From the NCBI GenBank assembly GCA_964016885.1, contig OZ024742.1, positions 238,204,001-238,268,000 on the forward strand: 64,000 bases of DNA, in the 5' to 3' direction. Of the stretch, positions 15,004 through 27,963 are shown piece after piece; within the stretch, counting starts at the first letter, position 1; the number at the start of each line of letters is the position of its first letter. The notes under the pieces are model-generated. The model was not told where the DNA came from. It was given only the letters and a program-made list of their open reading frames with translations, and ran no database searches. Source of the DNA: Eledone cirrhosa (Eukaryota). Position numbers and translations under genes: made by a program.

Positions 15004-15043
<40 letters not shown>

Positions 15044-15056
15044 GTGTGTGTGTGTG

Positions 15057-15099
<43 letters not shown>

Positions 15100-15290
15100 A
15101 TGCACGTCGAAGTGAGGGTTTTAAATGTCAGTGGACATAAAACATTCAAACATTAACTGAATGAGCACTCGATACATGCGAGCAGACTGTAAGACTTATA
15201 GAGAGATAATATATACACAGAGAGAGCGAGATATGTGTGTGCAGTATGTTTCTGTGTAGATGTGTATTTCCGTATTTATATATACATATG

Positions 15291-15382
<92 letters not shown>

Positions 15383-15627
15383 TTTCTTTTTATTTGCCAC
15401 CAGGGCATCAAAAAGTGGGACAAGTACAATGGGGGAGTTTACATAAAAAGGCGTCCTCAATAAGGAGGAGGCAATAACAAAATATAAAAATAAAATAAAA
15501 TATAACAAAATCCTCAATAGGGAGGAGGCGCCTTGGGGAGTCGCACACACCCCCGAAAAAAAGTGTGCAACCCTTCTCCTCAGGAGCACAGAGAGGGAGT
15601 GCTCCCTTGATCTTTCATGTTCCTCAC

Positions 15628-18600
15628 CTATTGTCTGATGTAGAGTGAAGGCCCATTCACACGGGCCATTCTCGCCACTTTCACCCATCTTTCATAGAAA
15701 CGGCTGGGGTGCAGCACCTCTCTCTCCATCCTGATCCTTCTTCCGAAATGATATCGGAAGAAACGGACCAGTTGTTGGCCAGAGAGAAAGGTGTCTGACC
15801 TCAGTCCTTTCAGACGCGTCCACCATACAACCTCTTTCGCCATGGCTATTACGCACAGAAACACCGCCTCTCCTTCGTTTTTGAAGAGGGGAGGCGGCTT
15901 GATCATTACAATAGACTCGGTGGTCAACCGGATCGGTCCCACCCTTGACAGCAGTTGTTCGACATAGCCCCACAGATCGGCAATGCCCGAGCAGTGTACC
16001 AATGCGTCGCACACGCATCTGGGACAGATCTTTTTCGAGAGGTCCCTACCCGGGCGCCCGTGTCTGTAGAGTCTTTCTCGAACGGGCAGAGCCCCTCGGT
16101 AGCACTGCCAGGCCAGGGACCTCTGGAAGTTATCCATGGGTCCCGGGTTGAATGTCCTACCGAACAGGTTGGCCAGCTCGTCTTCCTCCATGCCTAGGGC
16201 TTCTCCGAGGGCGTCGTCGCACCTTCTAACCACCAGCCCTCTATAGAATGACGAGGTGAATTCTCCACTGACAACCGGGTCCGCCTGCCAGAGAGCCGTG
16301 AGCGCCTGGGCACACTTGGTGTGCCAGGCGCCCAGTTTTCTCGGTCTTTGCTTGACCCAGGATTGCAGCTCGGTGAGTGAGACGCGTCTGGGAAAGGCTC
16401 GCCTCACAAATGGGGCCCACACCGGTTGACCGGTGAGGAATACCTGGAGAGGCCATAGCCTTAATGCGTGTTTACGTATCATTAGCCACGGCATCCCCAG
16501 CCCTCCTTTCGAAGGGTGTTGACAGCAGATGGATCTCTTCACCACAGGAGCCCGCTTCTTCCAAAGGAATTGGAAGAGTGCGCGCTCCATTTTGGCGGGC
16601 GTTTCCCTTGGGCAAGGCACAACGGTCAGGCGGTAGTAGATGACGGATGTTATATAAGTGTTCGCCACCTCCGCCCGACCTTTCAGGGACAGTTTGCACT
16701 CGGCCCACTTCTGGGTCAGTGCAAACACCCTGTTCGTTACCTCACCCCAGTTCTTCTCAACATGGAGGTCTGGTCCGAACCAGACCCCGAGCAACTTCAC
16801 CGGGCCCTCCGTCCAGCGCCCGACAACGCCATCGGAGGGCATCGATCTGCCCCTCCACGTGCCGAGTTGCAGACCGATCGACTTGTCCCGGTTCAGCTTA
16901 GCCCCTGTAAACCTTTCGTACTCCTCCAGTAAGGTGCCGATCGCCCCGATTTCAGAGGCCGTCCACACCATTACTGTTACGTCATCGGCGTAGGCCGACA
17001 CCGCTTTCCGCAATCCCGGTTCCAACGGGATGCCCTGCAACAACTCCAACTTCCGCAGCAGTGGCTCTAGAGTCATTACATACAGAAGGGAGGAGAGAGG
17101 GCACCCTTGTCGGATGGACCGCGCGATTTCGAACGGCTCCGAGAGGTAGCCGTTCACCTTGACCCTAGAGCAGATGCGGCTGCTGTGCATGGCATTGATC
17201 CAGCCCCTGAAAACGGGTCCGAAGCCTTCCGCCGCTAGCACCGCATCCAGGTAACCATGGTCGACCCTATCGAACGCCTTAGATTGATCCAAGTTGATCA
17301 GGGCCCCACCAAAGCCGGGTTCGTTCCCAACCCTCTCTATGATGTATCGCATGAGGTGGAGGTTGTCGTGGATGGACCTGGACGGGATAGCACATGTCTG
17401 CGCATCTCCCACCAGGTTGCCCACGACAAGCGCCAACCTCTTTGCTAGCACCTTGGCCAAAATCTGTAACTCTGTATTTAGCAGAGTTATGGGCCTGAAG
17501 TTATTTATATCGTCCCCCTTGTTCTCGTCCTTCCTCACTAGCGTGACTACGCCCTTGGTCACAGAACAGTGAATTCTCCCGTTCTGTTGCCAGTTGCAGT
17601 AGACCGCCTCGAGGAGATCGGGGAACAAGTCCGGCATAGCTAGATATAGTTCATATGGAAGACCATCGAGACCCGGGGATTTGCGTTTGCCGCATTGACT
17701 CAGCACGTCCTCTATCTCAGCGGCTCAAATCAGCTCCTCGCAGGACTTCGCCTCCCTGTCCGAGAGACGCGGCAGGCCGTCGAGGTATGGACCGAAGTCC
17801 ACTTCCCCAACCGGCTCCCCGCCCCTTCCGAACAATCTGGCAAAGTGCTTTTGAAAAGCCTCGCACATCTGCTTAGGCTCAAGGATCACCCGTCCATCCT
17901 GGTCTCGCAAAGACCGGATAGTGGATCTACTCCCTCTTTTGGCTTCTGTCACGCGGGCCCAGCTAACAGCTTGGGTCCCTTTGTTTCCCAGAGTACGTAT
18001 TTTGCTTCTACGATGCAGCCTTCGTGTTTCGCTTCGAAGAACTGGCCCAGGGCCGTTCTCGACGCTAGCACTCTGGCCACGTCGCCACTTCTAATTGACT
18101 CTTCTACACTATCTACCAACTCCCTTTCCTTCCTATTTCTATTTGAGGCTAACTCCTTACTAAATTCTATAGAGACTACTCTAATCTCTCTTTTGAGAGA
18201 TCCCCACCACCTGCTGTTGACGATGGCGCCCGTCAACCGCTCCGTAACTAAAGTGCTAATCCGGTCCCTGTAAGCCTTACTTGCCGGTAAGGACAAGTTG
18301 AGCTTCCAGTAACCGGGTCCCTGTCTATGCGTTCTGTCAAGGTTGACCAGGCAGGTCACTAACTTGTGGTCTGAATAGCCAACCATGCGCATTTTTGGAC
18401 AACTTATCCTTATTTCTAACTAAGAACCTATCTAGGTGCGACCTAGATGATCCGCTGCGGTTTGCCCAAGTCCAGGTTAGCGCAGTCGGAAAATCTAGTC
18501 AATATCTATCGGCCAGGTCAAACGACCGATTAACCCTTTGAGGCTATTACACCCCTCTCTATCGGGACAGACCCCTACGTAGTCCCAGCGTGCATCTAGG

Positions 18601-19033
18601 ATACCATTCCAGTCCCCCACTAATAGCAAGGAGCAGGACGTCCCTAGAAAAGTCTCCAGACGATGGAAGAAGTCCGGCCGCATTCACCCGAAAGGGCCGT
18701 AGACGGCTACCAACCTAAACGCTCCGCCTTCACCACTGCCAAGGTCCAGAATCACTAGTCGACCCTCCGGGTCCAAATGTACCGTCTGTGTTGCGAGACC
18801 CAGATGTTTTTGCAGCAGAACGACAACCCCACCCCCACCTCCGGGCTGACAGAGAGATGCGTGCATCTCAAAGTCTCAAAGGTGGGGGCCAGCTGACGCA
18901 CGTTGCTGATCCGGGCCTCGCAAATAACCATCACATCTATACGTTGTGACCTGAGATCATTTAGAAGCATTGCTTGCTTCCAAGTTGAGCCCAGGCCACG
19001 CGCATTTAGACAGCCTACTCTTAGCATAGCCAT
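15628..19033 (-). pseudogene. Tx1 ORF2 (APE endonuclease + reverse transcriptase)
   Basis: GCLNARGL, ICEAR, VAVYGP, VGDWN, YSDHKLV, GYWKLN (frameshifted EN); 692-aa open segment 15628-17706 with KSPGLDG, RPITLLN, DQSKAFDRVDH, RQGCPLS, YADD and CPRC. Confidence 0.93.
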
Positions 19034-19057
19034 GTTGGTGGTGAAGAGAAAAGGCAC

Positions 19058-20789
19058 TTACCTCTCTGCGTCCCGGGTATCGGGCTGCACAATTTCCATG
19101 AGGGTGGGGGATGGGTTGTTGGGTGGGGTGGTGGTTTGTGGAAATGTAGGGGCATCAGTGTGTTGTGTGGTTGGGGTGTTTGGAGTTGTGTGGGTGTTTG
19201 GGGAGGGGGTGGGGTAGTTTTTTTAGGAGGACGCGGTTAATGGGCCCGACGCGGGGGGGGGGGGGGGGGCACGTCCTCTTTAAAGTTGTTTTTTAGTGTT
19301 TTATATGTGTCCTCTGGGGCCTTAATCATTTTGAGGTGGGGGAAATCCCCTGCCTGGGTGAAGTTAGGTCCCTGGGTTTTTACTAAATTGTTGTTGTACA
19401 CAATGTTTAACAGTTTTTTATTTCTTGTGTTTATGTATGTGTATGCATGTTTTTGTTTTTGTGTGGTGTTTTTTGTTTGCTGTTGTTGTGTGCTCTTTTG
19501 TGTTGGTGTCTGTGTTATGTTTTAGGGAGGGTTGTTTTCATTTGTGTGTCTGAGGTGTGTTTTCTTTTTTTTCTTTTGATTGTGTGGAAGTGCTCCTCCT
19601 TGTCTGACGACGAACGAGGATCATCTACCGCGTTGGAGGGGAGGGGTAGATTTTCGGGTTGTGTTTGCGGTGCGGGTGTTTTGGAAATTGTTTTTTTTGA
19701 GTGGGGAGGATGGGTTGGACATTGTTTTGTTTTGGTTTGAGCTGTGGTTGTTGTTTTTGTAGTGGTGGTTGTGGTGATTGTGTTGGTTGTGCAGTTGTTG
19801 GTGGTGTAGGCAGGATTGGGGTTTTCTTATTAAGTTGAGGACAGACAGCCCTCAGGTGACCTCTGGCCCCTCAGAGGTAACACGAGGGCCGCCTACCCTC
19901 AACGGTAATGTTGATAAAAGTTTGATCATCCAGTATGACACGTTCAGGGATCTGGGCGATCCTTTCGGGCCTCATTTGAACTACAAGTTCGAGGCTCGTT
20001 CCAGTGAACGCGTCACCTGATGCCTTTCCCATGGATATTAGTGTGTCATTGTCTAGGTTCAGGAAACCTGTCAAAACCCACCATATGTCCATAATCGGCA
20101 GGATGGTGTGAATTTTTATTTTTTGTGTCCTTCTACCCATGTACGTAGGGTAGAAGGTGTATGCGGTGGATGTAATTGGTTTTATGGACAGTTTCACTGC
20201 TGTGTCCCTGTCCTTCATGAGAATGGATAGACTCCCGTAGAGTCAATCCTTCTGAATGAATATGTCTTTCATGACATCTTTTAAAACCAGCTCTATCTCA
20301 CCCTGTGATGGTTGAGCTGGTTTTTTGCTTTGGTTTGAGACTGTCCTAAACATGACAGTGTTTAGGAGTCTCTAGCTTTTTAGTTCCGGGGGGGGGGGGT
20401 GGATCGAGGGGCAGATAGTCGAGGGTTTTCCTTGCAGTCTGGGCGAAGGAGACCTTTTCCTTGTTTGTGTTGCTGTTGTAGTTGGTGGTGTTGTTGTTAT
20501 CATTGTTGTTGTTATCACAGTTATTGGTCTTGTTGTTGTTGTTGTTATTGTTATTGTTGTTGGTGTTGTTTTCGTCCGTAGCATTGTTGTTGTTGTTGTT
20601 GTTGCTGGTGCCGCTGGTTATTTGGTTTGTTGCCATGGCAACGTCAAGTTGTCGGTCAGCAGGTGGAGAAAATCCTTCCTCTGGCTGACCTTTGTCTTTG
20701 ACATCTGCTACTATGACAGTGGCAGGGGGAAGCTGTAAGCATATCTTCCCCTTTCCTCCTTCGAATTTTGGTGAAGAAGCTTCAGCCAT
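19058..20789 (-). pseudogene. Tx1 ORF1 (gag-like, CCHC knuckle), frameshifted
   Basis: MAEASSPK..., poly-N tract, SFAQ, FYPTYMGRR, and EGRRPSCYL*GARGHLRAVC (zinc knuckle with Cys to stop); slippage in poly-C tracts. Confidence 0.75.
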
Positions 20790-20999
20790 TTTTAAAAAAT
20801 ATTAGCTTTTCAAAAATAAAAACTTTTTGTTAACTATTTCGCCTAAAGGCGTAGAATATTTTGAGAGACTGACCAGATCAAAATTTGACCTGGCAGTCCC
20901 TCTACAAAATGGTACAAAAATGAAAGTTTACAGTCAAGAATTTCTAAAGAAATTTAAGCAGAACTTACTCAGCAAGTTTCACGCGTGTGTCCCTCGTAT

Positions 21000-21000
<1 letters not shown>

Positions 21001-21092
<92 letters not shown>
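21001..21092. repeat. (TAGA)n microsatellite
   Basis: Directly visible. Confidence 0.98.
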
Positions 21093-21094
<2 letters not shown>

Positions 21095-21691
21095 TGATGG
21101 CGGCAACTCGATTTCGAGTAATGCCATCGCTTAATACTTAAGCATCAGTATCATGGACGTGGCTTTTCAGTCCTACTAGGGACTTGCCTATGGTCAGCAA
21201 TACCGTGCAAGCGATGCCTGTGCTTCAAGCTTTTTTAAGTGAGGAAAAGTTTGGCATGGAGCCAATCTCAACCTCAGAACATCGAATGCATTTGCCTAAA
21301 AAGGAGAAATGTTCTATATCATTGGACTCAAACGAAGTCGCAGGTTTTATATCTGAGTGACCTCCTAGAATCATTTAGATTATCGGTGGCAGAAGAGAAA
21401 ACACGTACGTCAAAGATTAATACATTTAGGAAAATTAACGAGAAGACAAGGCAAAACGAAAAACAATTTTTTGAAGAGGAAACCTTAACAAATTATTTTT
21501 TTTAGATAAAAATACAAACGAAGACACATAACTCCATAGTCATAGACCGTTGAGATGGATTTTAGCAGTTTCGACCCCTACCGACGGTACTTCTGGTCGA
21601 ACCGGGGTCACCGCGTCTGGCACAAGCTAAAACGCTGTCCTTGGAGTAAGACACGAGAGACAAAACAATAATTTATAGAAATTAACCTATA

Positions 21692-21756
<65 letters not shown>

Positions 21757-21757
<1 letters not shown>

Positions 21758-21959
21758 CAAAGAGGGTGTGGTAAGATACCAGGTGAACCATAACGCACCA
21801 CAGTACTCAATACTTAGGGTAGTAGAGAGGGTAATAGGAAAAGAGTCAGGACCCCGACGGCTGAGCTGCGGCCGTTTCGACACTAGATCCGTTTGCATCT
21901 GTTCGGTTCTAGCTGTCGAAACAGCCGGAGCTCAGCCGTCGGTGTCCTGACTCCTTTCC

Positions 21960-21960
<1 letters not shown>
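21757..21960. mobile_element. Fold-back pLTR-like element, family A (3' half of hammerhead on each arm)
   Basis: Inverted arms 21834-21887/21908-21962 containing GAAAC-stem-GTC; ~80-nt unpaired left extension; (TA)n on both sides. Confidence 0.8.
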
Positions 21961-22021
<61 letters not shown>

Positions 22022-22177
22022 AGGCGCCAACTATTTGCTGTAATATAAAGGAAGAAAAGATGAAAGAAAGTATTGATCCATTGATCCTTATGAAGGATCT
22101 GTCTACGATAAATTGCTGCCTATGAAATATCTTTAACATATCGATTTTTAGACTCATTATTTCAATAGCAGGAAATA

Positions 22178-22353
22178 AGGGCGGTGAATTGGCAGTATCG
22201 GTAGAGGGTTGGACGCCATGCTTTCTAGCATAGTTACGTCCCTTTACAGTCTGAGTTCAAATCCTGCCTTTCATCCTTACGGGGTCGATAAAATAAAGTA
22301 CCAGTAATGTACTGGGTAATTGCTGGCCTTGTGCCTAAAGTAGAAACAATTAT
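22178..22353 (+). mobile_element. SINE S1 with target-site duplication
   Basis: S1 body flanked by the direct repeat attatttcaatagcaggaa. Confidence 0.85.
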
Positions 22354-22699
22354 TTCAATAGCAGGAATAGTTTGTATACCAAACTTCCAGAAACCGCGCC
22401 TTTCAATAATTTTATGTAAGAATCTTTGTTATGCTATGCTCCAAATAACACCTACACAATAAGAAAGTTAGGTACATTACTAAATCCTTCCAAATTCTTG
22501 ATTATTTTCAAAATTATTTGAAAATCACAAACTGTTTCATTCAGAAGAAATATGATCACAAAAGGTATAGCTATGAGGGATGGTTTGATATGGTTGTTAC
22601 ATTTGAACCATGGCCGTCTTTTCAGCAATAGAGGAACAATAACATAAAGATCTGGTGCCTTATAATTAGTACTTTGTATTGATTATACAATGTCCCAGC

Positions 22700-23110
22700 T
22701 ATTATTTTTATTATTTTTTTTGTTCTGATTACTGTGGTTTTTGTTGAATTTTTCTTGAGGTTTGTTGTTATTAAAGTTAACAATCTCTTAGCCAGTGCTT
22801 GGGCTTCAATGAGTTATACACAATTATTTCAACTCAATGTTTGGTAAGCTGGCAAACCTTGGTTTTAGCACTTCTTACTCTCACCGGGCTATAAAAAGTG
22901 CATTTTGTACGACACAGTCCTCTCTTATGCATGCTAAATTATCTAACAAGTCATAAAACAATACAACCCTCTTCATGTATTTAACACTGATGCTACGCTG
23001 CACAAATTATTTATTTATTTATCGTATGAAATAGTTATATATCTGTAAAAAAATATATGATCCGTTAAGATTCAGTAATGCACCCCTCTGAGGTTTTTCA
23101 CCTAGACGGA
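22700..23110. repeat. Unclassified dispersed repeat (also at 56370-57110 and 57290-57720)
   Basis: Shared blocks such as cgacacagtcc..atgcatgctaaat and ttcagtaatgcacc.ctctga. Confidence 0.5.
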
Positions 23111-24304
23111 TACCTATTTGACCATAATAATAGTGCCGGTCTTTGCCCAGGTGGGTTGGCTTGGCATGGTTGTTACATTGAATAATGGTTATCTTTTTGG
23201 CAACAAAGGAACATTGACATTGGTAGTGCATTTTGTCCTTGAGCAAGATTTCAAGTTGATCCAATCAAAATTGAGTTGTGTCTGTAATTCAAAGGGCCAG
23301 CCTTATCACACAATGTGTCACGAAAAATCTCCCTGAGAACTATTTAGGAGTATACATGCCTGTAGATTGATCAACCATTTGCATGATACTTTCACGAACA
23401 GGCTCTTCTGTTGATAAAACTGTTGGAATACTTGTTATGGAAACCGATAGAGATCCAACGTTATGTTGTGTATGTATCTACTCATATATATATACATATA
23501 AATATATAGAGAGAGATGAAGTTTCACACGCATGAACGCACACAGATAAAGGGGGGAAAGAGGAAAAACGCCAGACACAGACATGAATGAATCCATTTTA
23601 AAACATTTGTGTCCCCCACCACCACTTATACACACACGCTTGTTTAACTTTTAATTGTATTTTACGAATTCGAGTTACTAATTTTAGAATGAGTTTGTGT
23701 TTCTAGTGCTTGTGTGTGACAGGCGGACAAATAATCCAATACAATCACTACGATATAGATTAAGCAATCTATTTCTGACTTCAAATCCTTTAAAATAAAC
23801 TGGAATCATTTTCTACTACAATTCGTTATATTCAATAGTCGTTGGAGATGGTACTAAAAATAAACTACAACAAACAATACATAACTATAAACGGCATATT
23901 GAGATATCTATTGCTGTCTGGGAATATATTTCAAAAATGTTTGTGATAAAAGTAACTGCAGTTTTTCAAACTTTTTATAACTCAAATAGAAACTGCTTCC
24001 TGTCAAATTCTATATACATCTTGATCTGAACATTCTCCATGTGTACTTTTTGATGAGTCCCCGTTAACTCTTAATATACCGTACCGCATGAAACTGCATT
24101 AGCAAGACGTTCTTCAAAAGTACAACTGCCCCTTCATCACACTAAAAAATAAAGCCCTTAATCTAATGGTGCAAACTTGTAGAATAATTTGTACATACTT
24201 TAAATAGCTGAATTAAGAAACTTACTACTATTTATTTTCTGCAAAATCATTACAGGATATTAAAGGTCAAATAACAACCATACATGCACAACATTATTTT
24301 TAGC

Positions 24305-24492
24305 ATGAATTGGCTGTATCGGTAGAAGGTCGGACGCCATACTTTGCAGCGTAGAGTTACGGCCCTTTATCATCTGATTTCAAATTCCGCCAAGGTTAAC
24401 TTTGCCTTTCATCCTTACGGGGTCGATAAAATAAAGTACCAGTTATGCACTGGGATAATCGCTTGCCTTGTATCAAAAGTAGAAACAATTAT
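24305..24492 (+). mobile_element. SINE S1
   Basis: Matches the S1 consensus. Confidence 0.8.
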
Positions 24493-24774
24493 TTTTAGCA
24501 TTATTGGCCCCATCATAGTAAATATAAAAGTATTTTATCTAATATTGCAAATTTCTATATGCACTAATAATGATACTATAAACATTTGGATTAACAAATC
24601 TGTTTTTAGCTATTTTCTGCTAAACAATTGCAGTATGTTAAGAGTTAAGATGAAACATTATATCTTAGTAGAAATAAAAACTCTATGTACTGTGTTCTTT
24701 TTCTCTGAATAATAGGAATCACCAGTAATAATATTTTGCGTGCGTGTGTGCAATTATGTACATATATGTGTAAA

Positions 24775-25085
24775 GGTACTTAATTTAAGGGTTAGGGTGT
24801 TTTAGCTCCAGATCGTAACGATGCATTGTGTCCTTGAGAAAGGCACTTTATTTCACATTGCTCCAAGTCCACACAGCAGGCAATAATGAGTTGCATCTGT
24901 AGTTCAAAGGACCAGCCATATCACGCACCACGTCATTCTGAATCTTCTTCATTCAGTATCAAAATAGTTAAAGTGCACATGTGTCTGTGGAATGCTCAGC
25001 CACTGACACGTTAATTTCACGAGCAGGCTGTTCCTTTGATCAAACAACGGCAACACGCATCGTCGAAATTGACGGTGGTCCAACA
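24775..25085 (+). mobile_element. SINE S2
   Basis: Similar to 4441-4700 and 56075-56380. Confidence 0.55.
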
Positions 25086-26258
25086 CTCACGTGTGTATGT
25101 TTGTATAAAGAGTAATAAACATGAACGCTTTCGTCGTGTTTGCTGGATATCAGCCTATTACAAGAAACTCCTTTGAAGGAATGTCAAATCGGACTGGTTA
25201 ATGCATCTTGAGATGAAACGGCAAAGCTAGAATATGTTTTAAAAAAACATTGGCTGGATGAATGAAAATTGTTGTCATAGATCAACATTAATTGCCAAGA
25301 TTATAGAAGATGTGTCTTCTAATGTTATTTATAGATAAGAACAAATATCATTATCATCCTCTTCATCATAACCATTATCACCAACATCATCACCCACATC
25401 ATCATCACCACCACCATCATCATTATCATCAATATCTTTGCAACATTAATACTTGAAAATATACATTACATTGTTTTCGAAATACATTACTACTTTTGTA
25501 TTTCTAGCTTCCTTTATGCCCTGAATTTTCAGCTAACGTGTCTTTATTACTTATTAAAGTAAGCTAACAGATAAAGATAGTTAATAAAGTTCGAAATAAC
25601 CACATACACAATGTTTTATTTATAATAAATCTACATAAGTATTTCAAGCAGTTATAACAGCAGCCACAGCATGCGTCTAGGATCGCTGTGTTTATGTATT
25701 TCATGATTTGTATCCATCTTCAGCAACGCTTTCTTACCACCTGACACTTTTATAGATTTTGGAAACAAACTCTTTATATGGAAAGTTTAGTTACGTGTCT
25801 CAAATACATGTATAGAAACCTCTAACGCCTGTACAGATTTAGCTGTGATATGTCCACAGCTTAAAATACTGACAGTGAGACTATATGAATGCTTATTAAC
25901 ATAATATTGGAAGCTGTGATATGATCGTGGCTTAAAATACTAACAGTGTGATCATATATGTAGATTCGAGATTAATAAAAACACATGCGCCTGTTGGTTT
26001 TCACTTCAATTTATCATAAATTTCCGATAATTGGAAGGTTGTTTATATATTGTCAAACCTCTTTCGTCACACATTCTGTGACCTCCTCAGTGACTAGGTT
26101 TTTATTTTGTGTGTCTCTCCTTTGTTCTGTCCTACACCATCTGTAAGTATATATATATATATATATATATATAGTGGTAGAACACTGGAAGGTAATATCC
26201 GTAGTGGTAGAGCGCTCAGTTAGGTAGAAGTGGTTACACAACAGTTAGTTCACCATAC

Positions 26259-26296
26259 CGAGAACAATTGTTTCACCTTAGCGGATCCTCAGCTCG
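26259..26296 (-). ncRNA. Minimal type I hammerhead ribozyme motif
   Basis: cgag-CTGAGGA-tcc gctaa ggt-GAAA-caattg-TT-ctcg: stem I cgag/ctcg, palindromic stem III, GUU triplet. Confidence 0.75.
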
Positions 26297-26313
26297 TAAT
26301 GGACCATTACGAG

Positions 26314-26351
26314 CGAGCTGAGGATCCGCTAAGGTGAAACAATTGTTCTAG
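26314..26351 (+). ncRNA. Minimal type I hammerhead motif (inverted copy)
   Basis: Same motif with one stem I mismatch (ctag). Confidence 0.7.
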
Positions 26352-26380
26352 GTATGGTGAACTAACTGTTGTGTAACCAC

Positions 26381-26414
<34 letters not shown>

Positions 26415-26686
26415 GTGTGGGTGTGAGTGTGTGTGTGTGTTTATACATAATTATATTGCATATAATTCCGTATATAATTCTGAACGATGCAATAGAAATG
26501 GTATCGCCAACAGTAAAATATAATTAAATATCTTAGATATTGAATCCCACTGGTGTAAATTCCTCTTTAAATAAATTATGTTAAATGACAAACCTGGATA
26601 AGTGGATATTTTTACAATACAATTATTTACTTTATTCTTCATTTAACACGATCATGATGTTGTTGAATACGATAAAGACCCTGGTA

Positions 26687-26699
26687 ATGATGATGATGT

Positions 26700-26776
<77 letters not shown>
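26687..26776. repeat. (GAT)n microsatellite
   Basis: Directly visible. Confidence 0.98.
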
Positions 26777-26778
<2 letters not shown>

Positions 26779-27468
26779 AAGTCATAAACAGTTAAGTTGA
26801 TAAAATAAAAATATACGTGGACACTAAGGTAATAAAACCGAGATTTTTTTTTTTTTAATTAGTTACCTGCAGACCTCTTCTATCAGTTGTAATTAAAATA
26901 AGTAATTCACTTTTGAGGATACAACTGTGCTGGTAAAGAAAGATATTTTCAACACACCATTTTAATATACATCTGTTTACATATCGAAGCCAGACTTAGA
27001 ATACAAAAAAAAAAAGTCGAATCTACGTTTGAAATGACAGATTTTCCAATATATGTTGTTCATAATCAATTGATTACTTAATAAAATAAATCACCGCGTT
27101 GGTAATGATTGCACACTTATATAAATTAGACTCGCCATTTCAATGTTTTTTATGAATAGTTTTAACCTGTCAGTCGCTCCTCAGACAGAAAATGAAGCAT
27201 ATCATCCCTGATGTATTTCTATGTAGAGATAAAAGCAGTGAAATAAATAGAATAATCTTAATGTTTTCTGTCCACATTTCTTTATATATCAAAATGAGAT
27301 TGATGCTTTTAAAACTTGAGGTATGTCTCCATTAAAAATGAAATACATATGTGTGTGTGTATGTGTGTGATTCTAAAATGGTTCATATAGATTGTAAAGT
27401 ATGTGTAGAAACACAAACATACACAATCTCTCTCTCTCTCTATCTCACACACACACATATATATATAC

Positions 27469-27594
<126 letters not shown>

Positions 27595-27659
27595 GGTAAA
27601 CAGAAACAACAACACAATCGGTACAGTATATGGAAGGGATATATAAGGATAACGCTTGA

Positions 27660-27840
27660 TATAGCAAGAATTGTTATACTCGGGGAGGGCCATATTGTTA
27701 TAATATTGCCAGAAATAATAGCAGAGCACACTCACTGTTTGGTTGGTTTTTCGCTTCTCTATCTTTTATATCTCCATAGTTAATTTATTTGGCAATCAAT
27801 GTTTATCATTCATTGACCAGCGGTTAAAAATACAGATATA
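27660..27840 (+). repeat. Unclassified dispersed repeat (also 52658-52845 on +, 44070-44113 on -)
   Basis: Shared attgttatact.ggggaggg.cata...cactcactgtttgg. Confidence 0.65.
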
Positions 27841-27920
27841 ATTATATATATATAGTCTTTCGCTATGAATTTAGGTAGTGACTATAGTCACATACCCAGC
27901 CTCAGCAAAAACAAAGGGGA

Positions 27921-27963
27921 ATAACCGACCCGTTTCTCGCAGTTTAGCGGTTATCAAGGTTAT
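27921..27963 (-). ncRNA. Minimal type I hammerhead motif, U3-A8 core
   Basis: ataacc-TTGATAA-ccgc taaact gcga-GAAA-cggg-TC-ggttat: 6-bp stem I, GUC triplet, very short stem III. Confidence 0.7.

Larger units (their letters stand above)
15379..20996 (-). mobile_element. Full-length Tx1/L1-clade non-LTR retrotransposon
   Basis: 5' UTR, ORF1, ORF2 (APE-RT-Cys) and 3' UTR with AATAAA; the 3' end abuts (TC)n and the 5' end abuts (TCTA)n on the element strand. Confidence 0.92.
26174..26385. mobile_element. Fold-back pLTR-like element, family B
   Basis: Near-perfect inverted arms 26225-26296/26314-26385, ~50-nt left extension, (TA)n flanks. Confidence 0.85.

Noticed and set aside
22178-22270. tRNA gene
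   Set aside because: The A/B-box-like head belongs to a multi-copy SINE and forms no cloverleaf.
26585-26800. Poly-Met ORF
   Set aside because: (GAT)n microsatellite.
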